Below, piece after piece: positions 1 through 9,534 of a stretch of DNA of 64,000 nt. The notes under the pieces are model-generated. The model saw only the letters and a list, made by a program, of their open reading frames with translations. It did no database searches and was not told the origin of the DNA. The first letter of the stretch is position 1, and every line of letters starts with the position of its first letter. Source of the stretch: Candidatus Saccharimonadales bacterium (GTDB taxonomy: Bacteria; Patescibacteriota; Saccharimonadia; Saccharimonadales; EFPC-124); NCBI GenBank assembly GCA_035457345.1, contig DATIBT010000033.1, positions 2,390 to 66,389 on the forward strand. The letters are read 5' to 3'. Position numbers and translations under genes: made by a program.

Positions 1-66
1 GGCCGTAAAGTCACGAGCAAGGCGTATGGCCATTTGGGCAAACCGCCAGTCCGTCCAGACCAAATG

Positions 67-89
67 CCGCTTACATAAGGTAAGCGGCA
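67..89. terminator. Perfect 9-bp inverted repeat gccgcttac-ataag-gtaagcggc downstream of the minus-strand gene ending at 147; possible terminator hairpin
   Basis: Inverted repeat read directly in the sequence; a T-rich run lies 20 nt downstream on the plus strand; no canonical U-tail on the minus strand. Confidence 0.3.
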
Positions 90-146
90 AAGGTTCTGAC
101 TGAGTTTTTTGCTGAGGAGACTTTTTCTCGTCTCGCTCACCGCTCG

Positions 147-434
147 TTATCTGGCGGTATCCCCGGCCTCGGCTACGTCGGCGGAGGCTGGGGAAGTAGT
201 ACTACTCATTTTGGGTGCAAATTGAAGGGCTTTGCCGGCCGAAGCGTTTGTGTCGGTTATGACCAGTGCGCCTCCTGCTGGGTTGAGCTCGGCTTCAATT
301 TTAGCCGATGGGCTCGCCGCCTGCAGAAGGCCGGCGGTGACGCCCACTACCACGATGGCGATCGTGAGCGTACCGGCTGTAATACTCTCGAACAGGTTGT
401 TGCGGATCATTGACTTTATTTGCGTGCCTGTCAT
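147..434 (-). CDS. Small hypothetical membrane protein (95 aa, one hydrophobic segment)
   Basis: ORF immediately downstream of, and co-directional with, the cupredoxin-like gene (stop/start 3 nt apart); hydrophobic stretch TLTIAIVVVGVTAGLL; no recognisable family. Confidence 0.3.
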   Translation of the reverse strand: MTGTQIKSMIRNNLFESITAGTLTIAIVVVGVTAGLLQAASPSAKIEAELNPAGGALVITDTNASAGKALQFAPKMSSTTSPASADVAEAGDTAR

Positions 435-436
435 GA

Positions 437-865
437 CTACTCCTTCACCTCAATTGTGCCTTGGAATTTTTCTGGGGAATTTGGGTCTTGGTAGGTAAAC
501 GTGCCAACAGCGTCGAACGTAAAGCTGTACGTTTCACCGTTATCTATTGGTTCGTCACTCCCGAACCCTTCCATTTCTTTAGGGGGATTGGCGGTGCTGA
601 GAGCCAGTGAGTGTGGGTTTTTATCTTGGTTTGTCCACACGACGCTTTGACCTTTTTTGACAGTGACGACTGACGGGTCAGGGCCGTTACTGGTGATTGT
701 TACCTGGGCATCTTTCTCGTTTGCGTTTGTTTCTACGCCTGCCGTTTTAACTATGACGCTTAGTGATACGCCGATGCTTATGATCGCTACTATGAGGGCG
801 ATGATGAACACTATTTTTCGTGACATAGGTTTTTTCCGCTGCTTAGTTGATGGTTCTTGCATGGT
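437..865 (-). CDS. Membrane-anchored cupredoxin-like (plastocyanin/amicyanin-fold) domain protein
   Basis: N-terminal TM helix KIVFIIALIVAIISIGV followed by a beta-rich domain with cupredoxin-like pattern VTVKKGQSVVWTNQDKNPHSL...GTFTYQDP. Start placed at an internal Met (865) to avoid overlap with the upstream GH5 gene stop; the annotated ORF extends to 904. Confidence 0.45.
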   Translation of the reverse strand, partial: TMQEPSTKQRKKPMSRKIVFIIALIVAIISIGVSLSVIVKTAGVETNANEKDAQVTITSNGPDPSVVTVKKGQSVVWTNQDKNPHSLALSTANPPKEMEGFGSDEPIDNGETYSFTFDAVGTFTYQDPNSPEKFQGTIEVKE

Positions 866-873
866 GGCCCCCT

Positions 874-3459
874 TTAGTACCGCCATAGCTGTACGTCGAG
901 CCATTTAGTTTTGCCAGGGTTCAGGCTGACGCGTTGGGTGTAGCGGTAGAAGCCCCATGCCCTGAAGGTTACGTCGTAGCGGCCGGGAGGAATGTTAGTG
1001 ATCATGTATTGACCGCGCCAGTTGGTAGTGGCTGAGTAGCGTTTATCATTTACCCATACCGTTACTCGTACCCATGGTAGCGGACGCCCGCTGCGGGACT
1101 GTACGGTTCCGCGAAGGGTACTCTTGGCTTCCGTAGCCGGTGGTTCAGAGGCGGTAGTTGCCGTCACAGTGTCGGATTTGGTGCTGTTGCCTGCTGCATC
1201 ACTGGCAGTCACGTAGTAGGTGTAGGTCATGTTGCTGGTCAGGCCGGTATCGCCAAAGGTAGTTTGGGTAGTTGTACCAATTTGTGTTGCGCTATTGCTG
1301 CCTTGTGCACGGAAGACGACATATTGCTTAACGCCTATGTTGTCTGTGCTTGCAGTCCAGCTGAGGTTAATCTGCGACTTGCTTATTGTATTTGCGCTCA
1401 ACTGAGTTGGCTTGCTCGGCGGTTGGGTGTCAGTGACTGGTGCTGCTGGCGTTGTGACCGTTGCCGCGCTTGAGGCAGCTGAACGGTTGTTGGCAGCGTC
1501 GAAGGCGGTAACTTGATAGCTGTAACTAGTGCTGCCACTCACGCCTGTATCCACGTAACTTGTGACCGGCCCAACTGTAGCGATGACGCTGCCGTTGCGG
1601 GACACCCAGTAGCCAGTAGTGGCGACATCGTCCGTGCTTGCAGTCCAGTTTACAGTGACCTTGTTTGGTGCATTGGCCACGGCAGTTACGTTACCCGGAG
1701 TGCTTGGTGCCTTGGTATCACCGTTCTTTATGATGACCGTGTTCGTGTCGGTTGCAGTGTTGCCGGATGAGTCATACGCTTTGGCGGTGACGGTGTAAGT
1801 CCCATTCGGCAGGGTAGTTGTGTCCCAGTCGTATTTGTATGGTGAGCTGGTGTTGGTCGACTTAAGCACGTTTTGTACGTATAGTTCAACTTTGCTTATG
1901 CCGGTGTCGTCGGTCGCGTTAGCGGCAAGGGCAGTGGTACCTGCTACGGTGCTCCCGTCGGCCGGCGCGGTTATGGTGACGACCGGAATGGTTGTGTCAC
2001 CGGCAGCGCTACAGTGGCTAATGTCGCCTTTGTCTTTTGGTACACAGTTTTGGTCGGCAATGGCCATAACCGTGTCGAGCTTAACATTTGGTTCACGACC
2101 GATAAGCTTGAAGGTGTGGGTGCCGGCGCTAAGGGTTGCATTAATCTTTGCGGTGGTGGTGCCGTTTTGGTAATCTACCCAGCTCCAGGTATTGGTGGTG
2201 GTAGAGGCATCACCGACTACGTAACAGTTAGATCCGTCAACTTCTAGGAAGTATGAGTTGTTAGTGGTGTCGGGTGCGCTTACACGGCTCCAGATCCGAT
2301 AGGTACCGGCAGTGGTAACGGAGAAGGTGCTGCTGGCGGTACCGTAGTTGCTCGTGGCTTTACAGTTGGTGGGTGGTGTGGGGGTAGGGGTGGGCGTTGG
2401 AGTTGGTGTGGGGGTAGGGGTGGTGACAATACCGCTAATTTTGTAATTGCTGACCATAGTGGCCGCTGGACTGCCAGGGAAAATTGACCAAGAATTACTG
2501 TAATTGCCCTGACCGTAGTTCCAAGGGAGTACGCCGGATGCTCCAGCAGCAAGGTATCCGTCAAAACGCTTCTTTAGGAAATCCGCGTAGGCCTGCCCAG
2601 TTAACATACCATTTTCGTTCCAAGGGTCACCTACTTCACCCACCATGATGGGCTTATTCAAGGCGTTCGCAACCCCGAGTACCGCCGGCCAGTGGTTGGA
2701 AAGTGTACCGCCGTCGTACTCATGGAAACTGACAACATCAATATTAGAGCTGCTATGGATTGCCTGGTAGCCCGATGTACCACCATAGGTATATTCTGCC
2801 AAGGCTCCCGTACTTACCAGGTGTTGAGGGTCAATGCCCTTAATCACGGCAGATACATCGTCGTAATACGGCTTCATGATAGATGTAGATAGGTTGAGCG
2901 GGTGACCGCCTTCATTTGAGATCTCCCACATACCCACGGCCGGTGAATTCTTGTACTTTGCTACAGTTGTCTTCACCCAGTTCATGTAAGTACCCTTGTA
3001 CGTTGACTGGAAGAAGGTAGCACCCAGGCTCGCTCCTGTGTCCTTGGGGTATCCGTTAGTCTGCCCTTCGCAGTTCATAAGGCCATTACCCAGGGTCATT
3101 ATCACTTTCTGATTGTGGTTGGTGGCACTTTGTATGATGTAGTCCAGATTTGAGCTACGTTCCTGGAAGGCCCATGTGCGGGTCATACTGGCCGGCGGCA
3201 ACGACTTAAAGTAGTTGTCAATCGCCGTATTCGACCACGGTCCGCTTTCACAACCGGTCATGCCGTACGCATTGAAGCCTACAAATTTATATGGTGCACC
3301 GTTAAGCATCATCGTCTTACCGTTACGGTAGACGAAGTTAGCCGGTGCCGCTGCCGCGTTTTTGGCATTAAATAGTACTGACCAGCCGGTGATTATACCG
3401 GCGGCAAGCACTACAACGCCCAATCCAATCTTGAGACGTGCCGTGATTTTGTTTGCCAT
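874..3459 (-). CDS. Secreted multidomain glycoside hydrolase family 5 (cellulase/mannanase-like): GH5 domain, Pro-Thr linker, CBM-like, Ig-like, two FN3 and a C-terminal carboxypeptidase-regulatory-like domain
   Basis: N-terminal signal/TM (LGVVVLAAGIITGW). GH5 hallmarks FVGFNAYGM and catalytic NEP-type motif MWEISNEGG. TPTPTPTPTPTPTPTP linker. FN3-like repeats (KVTVNWTASTDD..., INLSWTASTDN...). C-terminal CarboxypepD_reg-like segment GRYDVTFRAWGF. Confidence 0.75.
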   Translation of the reverse strand: MANKITARLKIGLGVVVLAAGIITGWSVLFNAKNAAAAPANFVYRNGKTMMLNGAPYKFVGFNAYGMTGCESGPWSNTAIDNYFKSLPPASMTRTWAFQERSSNLDYIIQSATNHNQKVIMTLGNGLMNCEGQTNGYPKDTGASLGATFFQSTYKGTYMNWVKTTVAKYKNSPAVGMWEISNEGGHPLNLSTSIMKPYYDDVSAVIKGIDPQHLVSTGALAEYTYGGTSGYQAIHSSSNIDVVSFHEYDGGTLSNHWPAVLGVANALNKPIMVGEVGDPWNENGMLTGQAYADFLKKRFDGYLAAGASGVLPWNYGQGNYSNSWSIFPGSPAATMVSNYKISGIVTTPTPTPTPTPTPTPTPPTNCKATSNYGTASSTFSVTTAGTYRIWSRVSAPDTTNNSYFLEVDGSNCYVVGDASTTTNTWSWVDYQNGTTTAKINATLSAGTHTFKLIGREPNVKLDTVMAIADQNCVPKDKGDISHCSAAGDTTIPVVTITAPADGSTVAGTTALAANATDDTGISKVELYVQNVLKSTNTSSPYKYDWDTTTLPNGTYTVTAKAYDSSGNTATDTNTVIIKNGDTKAPSTPGNVTAVANAPNKVTVNWTASTDDVATTGYWVSRNGSVIATVGPVTSYVDTGVSGSTSYSYQVTAFDAANNRSAASSAATVTTPAAPVTDTQPPSKPTQLSANTISKSQINLSWTASTDNIGVKQYVVFRAQGSNSATQIGTTTQTTFGDTGLTSNMTYTYYVTASDAAGNSTKSDTVTATTASEPPATEAKSTLRGTVQSRSGRPLPWVRVTVWVNDKRYSATTNWRGQYMITNIPPGRYDVTFRAWGFYRYTQRVSLNPGKTKWLDVQLWRY
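2375..2425. repeat. Short tandem DNA repeat (ggtgtgggggtaggggtgg twice) encoding the (TP)n linker of the GH5 protein
   Basis: Direct repeat visible in the sequence; a coding low-complexity region, not a CRISPR. Confidence 0.5.
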
Positions 3460-3549
3460 AGTGTTCCTTTTTACTTTTTTTCGCCTTACGCTTATGCTTG
3501 AGTATGCTTTTGTGGATTGTGTCTGTCAAGTCATGCATAATAGATAATT

Positions 3550-4191
3550 ATGAATAGCCGACTCGTACTACTATTATTACGACCTTCCATTGTGAGCGGA
3601 ATGGCCACTTTGACGGCGGCGGCGGCGGTAATTGGCGCTGCAAACTGGACATATATAACGTATACTTCAGGACTTTACGACTTTTTCTTTGGACGTTCTG
3701 GCTTAGTTACTGCACTCGAGGCCGCCCCTGACCTTGAAGCGCCAACTGCCGCTGCCCAGTCGCCTCTCTATGTGATTATGGTCGCCGTCATTGCTGTTGG
3801 CGGTGGGATTTTGGTCTTTTCTCTGCTTCATTTTATTCATGGGCTTATGCGCCGCGCGTCCGAACATCAAACGACCCAGCTTGAGATATATCGCCGGCGC
3901 GTACTGCGCCAAGAGTTCGGCTCGCGCTTGCTTTCTCGGGCATTAATTTTGGTATGTTGGGTCGGTTATATGGTGGTCTTTCTACAGTGGATGGTGCCCT
4001 ATGGCATCTTATGGTCACGCGTTGGCGCCGAAGATCTCATGTCGACAGAAGGCTGGATTCAGAACGGCACTGCCTTTGCCCTTATTGCAATTGGCTTGCA
4101 TATACACATAATTATGGCGCGGCTTTTTGTTATGCGTCCCCGTGTATTTGGTGGCGAGGCGGCCATAGAAGATGCACTTTCTGGACGCTAA
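3550..4191 (+). CDS. Hypothetical polytopic membrane protein
   Basis: 213-aa ORF with several hydrophobic helices; no family recognised. Confidence 0.35.
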   Translation: MNSRLVLLLLRPSIVSGMATLTAAAAVIGAANWTYITYTSGLYDFFFGRSGLVTALEAAPDLEAPTAAAQSPLYVIMVAVIAVGGGILVFSLLHFIHGLMRRASEHQTTQLEIYRRRVLRQEFGSRLLSRALILVCWVGYMVVFLQWMVPYGILWSRVGAEDLMSTEGWIQNGTAFALIAIGLHIHIIMARLFVMRPRVFGGEAAIEDALSGR

Positions 4192-4225
4192 GCAGTATAA
4201 TGTAGGGTAGTAAAAAGGAATTCCT

Positions 4226-4930
4226 GTGGCATCAACTTCAGCGCCTAAAAAGTCAGAGGGGCAGCCTACATATGCTTCTCAAGTCGGTATAAATCATGCA
4301 ACGCATCCCCCTCATCAGATAACTCCTGAGCAGCTGGCAAAGCATAAAGACTCCAAAGCAAAATATCCCCAGTTGCCCCTTTCGCAAGGTGAATATGTCA
4401 TTGAGGAAGTACGCCGGCACCCTATTGGCATCCTCTCCATTTGGTTTATTACGATATTGCTTATTGGGGTTGCATTTGCTGCAGTGGCGCTGTATGGCAT
4501 GAACCGTGACTATATTGCCGGGTTGTTCATGGTAGTGCCCGATACGCTCCCGAGTGCCGCCATCTTAACGGTCCCAGCTCTTATACTGAGTGCGTTTTTT
4601 GCGCTCGGCGGTATTATTGCCACTATTGTGTACGAAGGCAACCGCTTTTATATTACGAACGAAAGCATTGTGCAATTACTGCAGCCAAGCCTGTTTAACA
4701 CAAAGCAGCAGGTGGTTAATCTTATTAATGTGGAAGATGCCAGTAGTGAGCAGGTTAACATTATTGAACAGATTTTGAACTACGGCACCATTCACCTCTC
4801 AACACAAGGTGAACAAACACGGTATCAGTTTAGATTCGTTGCTAATCCAAAACGGGTCACTCAGTCGGTGAACGACGCGGCTGAACGCGCCGTCCGCGTA
4901 TTGCAGGGCTACCCGATTGGCGAATTCTAG
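4226..4930 (+). CDS. Membrane protein with bacterial PH-like (bPH_2/YdbT-like) domain
   Basis: Pattern GEYVIEEVRRHPIGILSIWFITILLIGV (PH-like strand followed by TM helices) typical of YdbS/YdbT-family proteins; RBS-like aaaaaggaa upstream. Confidence 0.45.
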   Translation: MASTSAPKKSEGQPTYASQVGINHATHPPHQITPEQLAKHKDSKAKYPQLPLSQGEYVIEEVRRHPIGILSIWFITILLIGVAFAAVALYGMNRDYIAGLFMVVPDTLPSAAILTVPALILSAFFALGGIIATIVYEGNRFYITNESIVQLLQPSLFNTKQQVVNLINVEDASSEQVNIIEQILNYGTIHLSTQGEQTRYQFRFVANPKRVTQSVNDAAERAVRVLQGYPIGEF

Positions 4931-4933
4931 CCG

Positions 4934-5326
4934 CTATTTGTTGCGGCTATTTTTGGTGAAGTCGGCTTCTGCTTCTAAGTTTGCGGTCAAGATGTAGCTT
5001 TTGCATTTGCCGTCTTTGCAGTCTTTTGGTTCGTAGCGGTAATCGCTGCCGTAGTCGCCAACGGTAATGCCGCGAGGATCTTTGAGGATTTGCGGGTCGA
5101 CGCCTTTAAGGCCATCTGCCGTCAGTTTTTCTGGGTATGTTTTGTTGGCGGGATAGTATACATCTTCTAGGTTGTAGTACAGCTGATTGATGGCGGTTTT
5201 GCGGTCGCTGTCACGCTTGGCAACCTCTAAGTCACGCTTTTGGACATAAAAAATCGTGCCAGCGATCAGTAAAAAGACGATGGCAATAATGAGTTCGAGT
5301 ACGGTAAATCCGCGCTGTTTGGTCAT
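4934..5326 (-). CDS. Type IV pilin-like protein (prepilin-type N-terminal cleavage/methylation motif)
   Basis: N-terminus MTKQRGFTVLELIIAIVFLLIAG = class III signal peptide (G|FTxLE); 130 aa with C-terminal Cys pair. Confidence 0.7.
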   Translation of the reverse strand: MTKQRGFTVLELIIAIVFLLIAGTIFYVQKRDLEVAKRDSDRKTAINQLYYNLEDVYYPANKTYPEKLTADGLKGVDPQILKDPRGITVGDYGSDYRYEPKDCKDGKCKSYILTANLEAEADFTKNSRNK

Positions 5327-5378
5327 GCTGTGGCTCCTTATTTCCTCCTATTGTATACCACTAGTCGCTGCTTGTGTA

Positions 5379-5422
5379 TTGACATCTCATGCGTCGACGG
5401 GATAAGCATAATACCGTATAAT
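5379..5422 (+). promoter_or_regulatory. Candidate sigma70-like promoter region upstream of recA (TTGACA at 5379-5384; TATAAT at 5417-5422; RBS GAGGGA at 5436-5441)
   Basis: Hexamers read in the sequence, but the spacing between the perfect -35 and the best -10 is non-canonical; weak call. Confidence 0.25.
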
Positions 5423-5445
5423 TAATATGGTAAAAGTGAGGGAAT

Positions 5446-6501
5446 ATGGCAGAATCTACCAAAAAATCGACCGACGCTCCGAAGACCGCTGACGCTAAGA
5501 ACACTGCGAACGACGCCAAGCTAAAAGCGCTTGGCCTGGCGATGGAGCAAATAGAAAAGCAATTTGGCACCGGTGCTATTATGCGTCTGGGCGAGCAAAA
5601 GCATGCTGATGTTGAATTTATTAGCGCCGGGGCGCTTAGCCTTGATTTGGCACTTGGCGGTGGGTATCCTAAGGGGCGAATCATTGAAGTATATGGGCCG
5701 GAAAGTTCCGGCAAAACGACGCTTACCCTGCACGCAATTGCTGAGGTGCAAAAAATGGGCGGTACGGCGGCGTTCATTGACGCTGAGCACGCACTCGATC
5801 CGGCCTACGCCCGCAAACTTGGCGTAGACACTAATTCGCTGCTGGTGAGCCAGCCAGACAATGGTGAGCAAGCCCTTGAGATTGTTGATTCATTGGTGCG
5901 CAGCAACGCTGTAGATCTGATTGTAGTTGACTCAGTTGCGGCGCTTACCCCGCAGGCTGAAATTGAGGGTGAAATGGGCGACAGCCATATGGGTCTGCAG
6001 GCACGCTTAATGAGCCAAGCGCTGCGTAAATTGACGGGTGTGATTAATAAGAGCAAAGCCACGGTGATGTTTATCAACCAAATTCGCATGAAGATTGGCG
6101 TGATGTTCGGCAACCCAGAAACGACCACTGGTGGTAACGCGCTTAAGTTTTACGCCAGTGTGCGTCTCGATATTCGCCGCACCGGCCAAATTAAGGTTGG
6201 CGAGGATGTTATTGGTAACCGCACCAAAGTAAAGGTGGTCAAAAATAAGATTGCACCACCATTCCGTAGCGCTGAGTTCGACATAATGTACGGCGAAGGT
6301 ATTAGCCGCACGGGCGATGTACTTGATCTGGCCGTAGCGCACGGCGTGGTAGATAAAGCAGGTGCGTGGTTCTCGTACAAAGACGGCAAAATCGGCCAAG
6401 GCCGCGAAGCGTCTAAGGCGTACCTGAAGGATAATCCTAAGGTGATGGATGAAATAGATAAGGCTGTCCGCCAAAAGGTGGTCGCCGAAGAAGCGCTGTA
6501 A
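5446..6501 (+). CDS. recA: Recombinase RecA
   Basis: Walker [10 protein letters not shown] and the highly conserved RecA core ([51 protein letters not shown]...) along the full length. Confidence 0.97.
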   Translation: MAESTKKSTDAPKTADAKNTANDAKLKALGLAMEQIEKQFGTGAIMRLGEQKHADVEFISAGALSLDLALGGGYPKGRIIEVYGPESSGKTTLTLHAIAEVQKMGGTAAFIDAEHALDPAYARKLGVDTNSLLVSQPDNGEQALEIVDSLVRSNAVDLIVVDSVAALTPQAEIEGEMGDSHMGLQARLMSQALRKLTGVINKSKATVMFINQIRMKIGVMFGNPETTTGGNALKFYASVRLDIRRTGQIKVGEDVIGNRTKVKVVKNKIAPPFRSAEFDIMYGEGISRTGDVLDLAVAHGVVDKAGAWFSYKDGKIGQGREASKAYLKDNPKVMDEIDKAVRQKVVAEEAL

Positions 6502-6526
6502 TGAGCGTGCGGCTCGAGACCGGCCA

Positions 6527-7129
6527 GTGAAGATTACGGCTATTAAAGCGCAGGTAAAAAATCCTGAACGCCTAAGTGTTTATGTGGACGAGAAATTTGC
6601 CTTTTCACTCAATTACATGCAGCTGCTCGATGAGAAGCTGCATGCCGGCCTCAATATAGATGAAGCGCGTCTTGCAACCCTCAAACACTTAAGCGATTTT
6701 GGCAAAGCATACGAACGGGCGCTCATGTTCGCCATGATCCGTCCTCGCTCCGTACAAGAGATGCATGACTACGCCCGTCGTAAAAAGTGGGCGCCAGAAG
6801 ATGCGGAGGCGATTGTTGATAAACTTTTGGCTAAGAAGTACCTCGATGACAGACGTTTTGCCCGTGCCTGGATAGAAAACCGTGCGCTCGGCAAAAAGAC
6901 GAGCCAGCGTAAATTACGTTTGGAGCTAAAGCAGAAAGGTGTATCTGAGTCTATTATCACAGAAGTATTGCAACAGGCTAATTACAGTGATACCGTCGCC
7001 CTCAAGCAGCTCATAGTTAAAAAACGTAAGCTAGTCAGGTATGCTCAAGATGAACAAAAACTTGTGCAGTACCTGGCGCGGCTGGGGTTCGGATTTGATG
7101 ATATTAAGAACGCGCTTCAGGATGAGTAG
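6527..7129 (+). CDS. recX: Regulatory protein RecX
   Basis: Immediately downstream of recA (classic synteny); three-helix repeat architecture with RecX-like motifs (YLDDRRFARAWIENR, KQKGV). Confidence 0.8.
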   Translation: MKITAIKAQVKNPERLSVYVDEKFAFSLNYMQLLDEKLHAGLNIDEARLATLKHLSDFGKAYERALMFAMIRPRSVQEMHDYARRKKWAPEDAEAIVDKLLAKKYLDDRRFARAWIENRALGKKTSQRKLRLELKQKGVSESIITEVLQQANYSDTVALKQLIVKKRKLVRYAQDEQKLVQYLARLGFGFDDIKNALQDE

Positions 7130-7718
7130 TGCTCGAGGGTGACGCCGGGCGCGGCACCTCGGGCGGTACGCGCCGGCGTTTGAACGGATTTGTCACCAGG
7201 TGTTCTAATTTTTTGGCTGGAGCCGCATCGTGCACGACAGCCCCGCGCACAATAACGGCCGTATCCGTCACTTCGATAATCTGCGTTCGACTAATTATCA
7301 CTTCCACAGTGCCCCAAGCCTGCATAAACCCAGGCTGAACGTGTAATTGCATAATAAAGAACGATTTTGTGTCTACGGTGTAATTAGCAACTTTGCCGAC
7401 CTTGCGCCCATTCTCTTCAACGACCTGTTTGCCCTCAAGCGTAAAGTTGTAACTAATGATTGTTTTAAGGCGAACAAGATCATCCGGCGACATAAGTGTA
7501 TCTGCGTCGTCGACAATAAAACCTAAGTCGCTAACTTCGCGGATATCGTCAATAGTTAAGATTGCCGGATTTACGTCCAGGGTAGGTCCTTGGCAGTAAA
7601 AAGCGACGATTTTTAGTTCGCGCGGGTCAATTATTGAGGTCTGAGTGCGAGCAAGTTCTGCACCCGTTTGAAGGCTCATGACGGGTATGTTCAAAATGCG
7701 CTCTTTTAGTACAAGCAT
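7104..7718 (-). CDS. PRC-barrel domain protein (two PRC-like repeats) with Pro-rich C-terminal tail
   Basis: Repeats resembling PRC barrel (GKQVVEENGRKVGKVANYTVDTKSFFIMQLHV); convergent with recX and overlapping its 3' end by 26 nt. Confidence 0.4.
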   Translation of the reverse strand: MLVLKERILNIPVMSLQTGAELARTQTSIIDPRELKIVAFYCQGPTLDVNPAILTIDDIREVSDLGFIVDDADTLMSPDDLVRLKTIISYNFTLEGKQVVEENGRKVGKVANYTVDTKSFFIMQLHVQPGFMQAWGTVEVIISRTQIIEVTDTAVIVRGAVVHDAAPAKKLEHLVTNPFKRRRVPPEVPRPASPSSTTHPEARS

Positions 7719-7769
7719 GCTCTTATTATACCCGTACTATTTTTATCGCACCTGTGGAAAACTTGGTAC

Positions 7770-7799
7770 TTTACAGACAGACGCAAACAAGTTCATACT
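7770..7799 (+). promoter_or_regulatory. Candidate sigma70-like promoter for the LTD gene (TTTACA-18 nt-CATACT)
   Basis: Hexamers read in the sequence 10 nt upstream of ATG 7810. Confidence 0.25.
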
Positions 7800-7809
7800 T
7801 CGCGGCATC

Positions 7810-9237
7810 ATGAAACGATTTTACCTATTTGCCCTGATTATTACCGTAATATGCAGTCATGCTTCGCCGGTTGCCGCAGAAGAAGACTTATCATCCCATG
7901 TCGTCATTGCGGCAGTTCAGACCGGCAAGACAGAGGCTACTGGCGAAGATTATGTAGAAATCTATAATCCCACGACAGCCGCTTTAGATGTAACGGGTTG
8001 GAAACTTCAGTATCGTGCCGCTAATGCAAAGGGGGCGAACGGGTGGGCGACGAAGCGTACTGTTGCCTGCCTAGAACCTGTGGCTGTTAATCCATGCATT
8101 GTCACTATTAAACCTCACGACAGATTGCTTTTTGCCACTTACGACATAGCCGGCATAGCCGAGCAGCCACTCGCGACTGGCTTTAATGATGCGGGCGGTC
8201 AGCTGCGATTGGTCGATAATGCGGGTACGGTGCAAGACATGCTTGGCTACGGTACGGCGTTAGAAGCGGAGCAAGCTCAACCGGCTCCGGCACCACCGCT
8301 TGGCCTCGCTTTGCTCCGCAAGAGCAATGAGGGGCATATTGTCGATACCGATAATAATGCCGGTGACTTCCTGGTCGGCTGCTACATGCCCATGCCACCA
8401 GGAGAGGTCTTGCCTGCGGGCCCGCCGGTTACGCAGCCTTGTCCTGTCATTCCTAACGAAGATGATGAGCAGCAAGAGGCGAGCGGCGTGAGCCCTGCGA
8501 CGACTGAAACGCCGCCCTCTGACCCGCAAAAGCCGTATCCACAACTATTTATAACTGAGTTGCTTCCAGACCCCGCTAGTCCACAGACGGATAGCGACGA
8601 TGAGTTTATTGAGCTCTACAACCCTTTTGGCGATCCCGTTGACGCCACAGGCTATATGCTTGAGGGTGGTAGTGACTTCCGTTACCACTTTACGCTTAGC
8701 GGTGTTATTGTGCCTGCGGGCGGCTATGTTGCCATACCATCTTCCGAGTCACATATTAGCCTTGCAAACAGTGGTACGTTGGTGCGCTTAGTGAACCCGG
8801 CCGGCGAAATCGTGGACACGGTTGCAAATTACGGTTCCGCTAAAAGCGGTCAGTCATGGGCCAAAGTGGATGGGGTATGGCAGTGGACGACAAGCCCAAC
8901 ACCGGGCGGTGCAAATGTAATAGTTGTGCCCGCAGTGCCTGTTGCTGCTAAAAAAGCAGCCGCCAAACCTGCCGTCTCAAAAACGAGCAAAATCGCCAAG
9001 GCTTCTACCGGCGCCACTAAAGCGGCAAAGACCACTGCAGCCGCTGCGTCAATTGGCGCTAATAAAAATCAAGGTGACGGAAACGGCTTTTCTTATTGGC
9101 TACTTGCACCAATTGGCGCACTCGCTGTGGGCTATATAGGCTACGAATACCGCCACGACATCGTACGTTTGTGGCACAAAGCAAAACAAGCCGTAAGTGG
9201 CAAGAAAGGCTCAGAGCCTACTCCGCAAACGGATTAA
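7810..9237 (+). CDS. Lamin-tail-domain (LTD) protein: signal peptide, two LTD repeats, Ala/Lys-rich spacer, C-terminal TM anchor
   Basis: Start at an internal Met (MKRFYLFALIITVICSHASPVAA = signal peptide); the ORF frame opens at 7678. Two LTD-like repeats DYVEIYNPTTAALDVTGWKLQY and EFIELYNPFGDPVDATGYMLEG. C-terminal TM WLLAPIGALAVGYIGY. Confidence 0.65.
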   Translation: MKRFYLFALIITVICSHASPVAAEEDLSSHVVIAAVQTGKTEATGEDYVEIYNPTTAALDVTGWKLQYRAANAKGANGWATKRTVACLEPVAVNPCIVTIKPHDRLLFATYDIAGIAEQPLATGFNDAGGQLRLVDNAGTVQDMLGYGTALEAEQAQPAPAPPLGLALLRKSNEGHIVDTDNNAGDFLVGCYMPMPPGEVLPAGPPVTQPCPVIPNEDDEQQEASGVSPATTETPPSDPQKPYPQLFITELLPDPASPQTDSDDEFIELYNPFGDPVDATGYMLEGGSDFRYHFTLSGVIVPAGGYVAIPSSESHISLANSGTLVRLVNPAGEIVDTVANYGSAKSGQSWAKVDGVWQWTTSPTPGGANVIVVPAVPVAAKKAAAKPAVSKTSKIAKASTGATKAAKTTAAAASIGANKNQGDGNGFSYWLLAPIGALAVGYIGYEYRHDIVRLWHKAKQAVSGKKGSEPTPQTD

Positions 9238-9532
9238 TGCGGCCAGTTGGGAATGGCTTGGTCTGCCCGGTATTGTCAGTCGATTTTTGCAAGGTCTTAA
9301 TCTTGTTAATGGTGTCGGTGGTGGTCTTATTAAATTTGCTGCCTATTGTTGCCTGGAATTGTTTGCCCTTGTACTCTTCATCTGTTGGGCTATTAAGTGT
9401 TTGATTGACGGTGTAAATAACGCCAGCTACTGTACTCAAAAGCAAAACGGTCACAATAAAGTAGTGATGCCGGACGAGGGGCTTAAGCTTACTTAGGTAG
9501 GTTAGGATGGCTGGTGGGATGGTGAACTTCAT
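9218..9532 (-). CDS. Small membrane protein at the distal end of the pilMNO operon (possible pilus assembly accessory protein)
   Basis: Single TM (FIVTVLLLSTVAGVIYTV), Thr/Lys-rich, ends ...GRINPFAE. Position directly after pilO suggests a pilus function (inference); start moved to an internal Met to avoid the pilO overlap. Confidence 0.3.
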   Translation of the reverse strand: MKFTIPPAILTYLSKLKPLVRHHYFIVTVLLLSTVAGVIYTVNQTLNSPTDEEYKGKQFQATIGSKFNKTTTDTINKIKTLQKSTDNTGQTKPFPTGRINPFAE

Positions 9533-9534
9533 AG

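Noticed and set aside
437-904. Full-length 155-aa form of the cupredoxin-like ORF
   Set aside because: Its first 13 codons overlap the 3' end of the GH5 gene; an internal Met just before the TM helix gives a more plausible start. Kept as a shortened CDS.
2375-2425. Possible CRISPR-like short repeats
   Set aside because: Only two copies of a 19-nt unit, inside a coding (TP)n linker; no CRISPR arrays or cas genes anywhere in the window.
3501-3549. Sigma70 promoter upstream of the 3550 membrane-protein gene
   Set aside because: Candidate hexamers (CATAAT/GATAAT) are too close to the ATG and lack a convincing -35; not reported as a feature.
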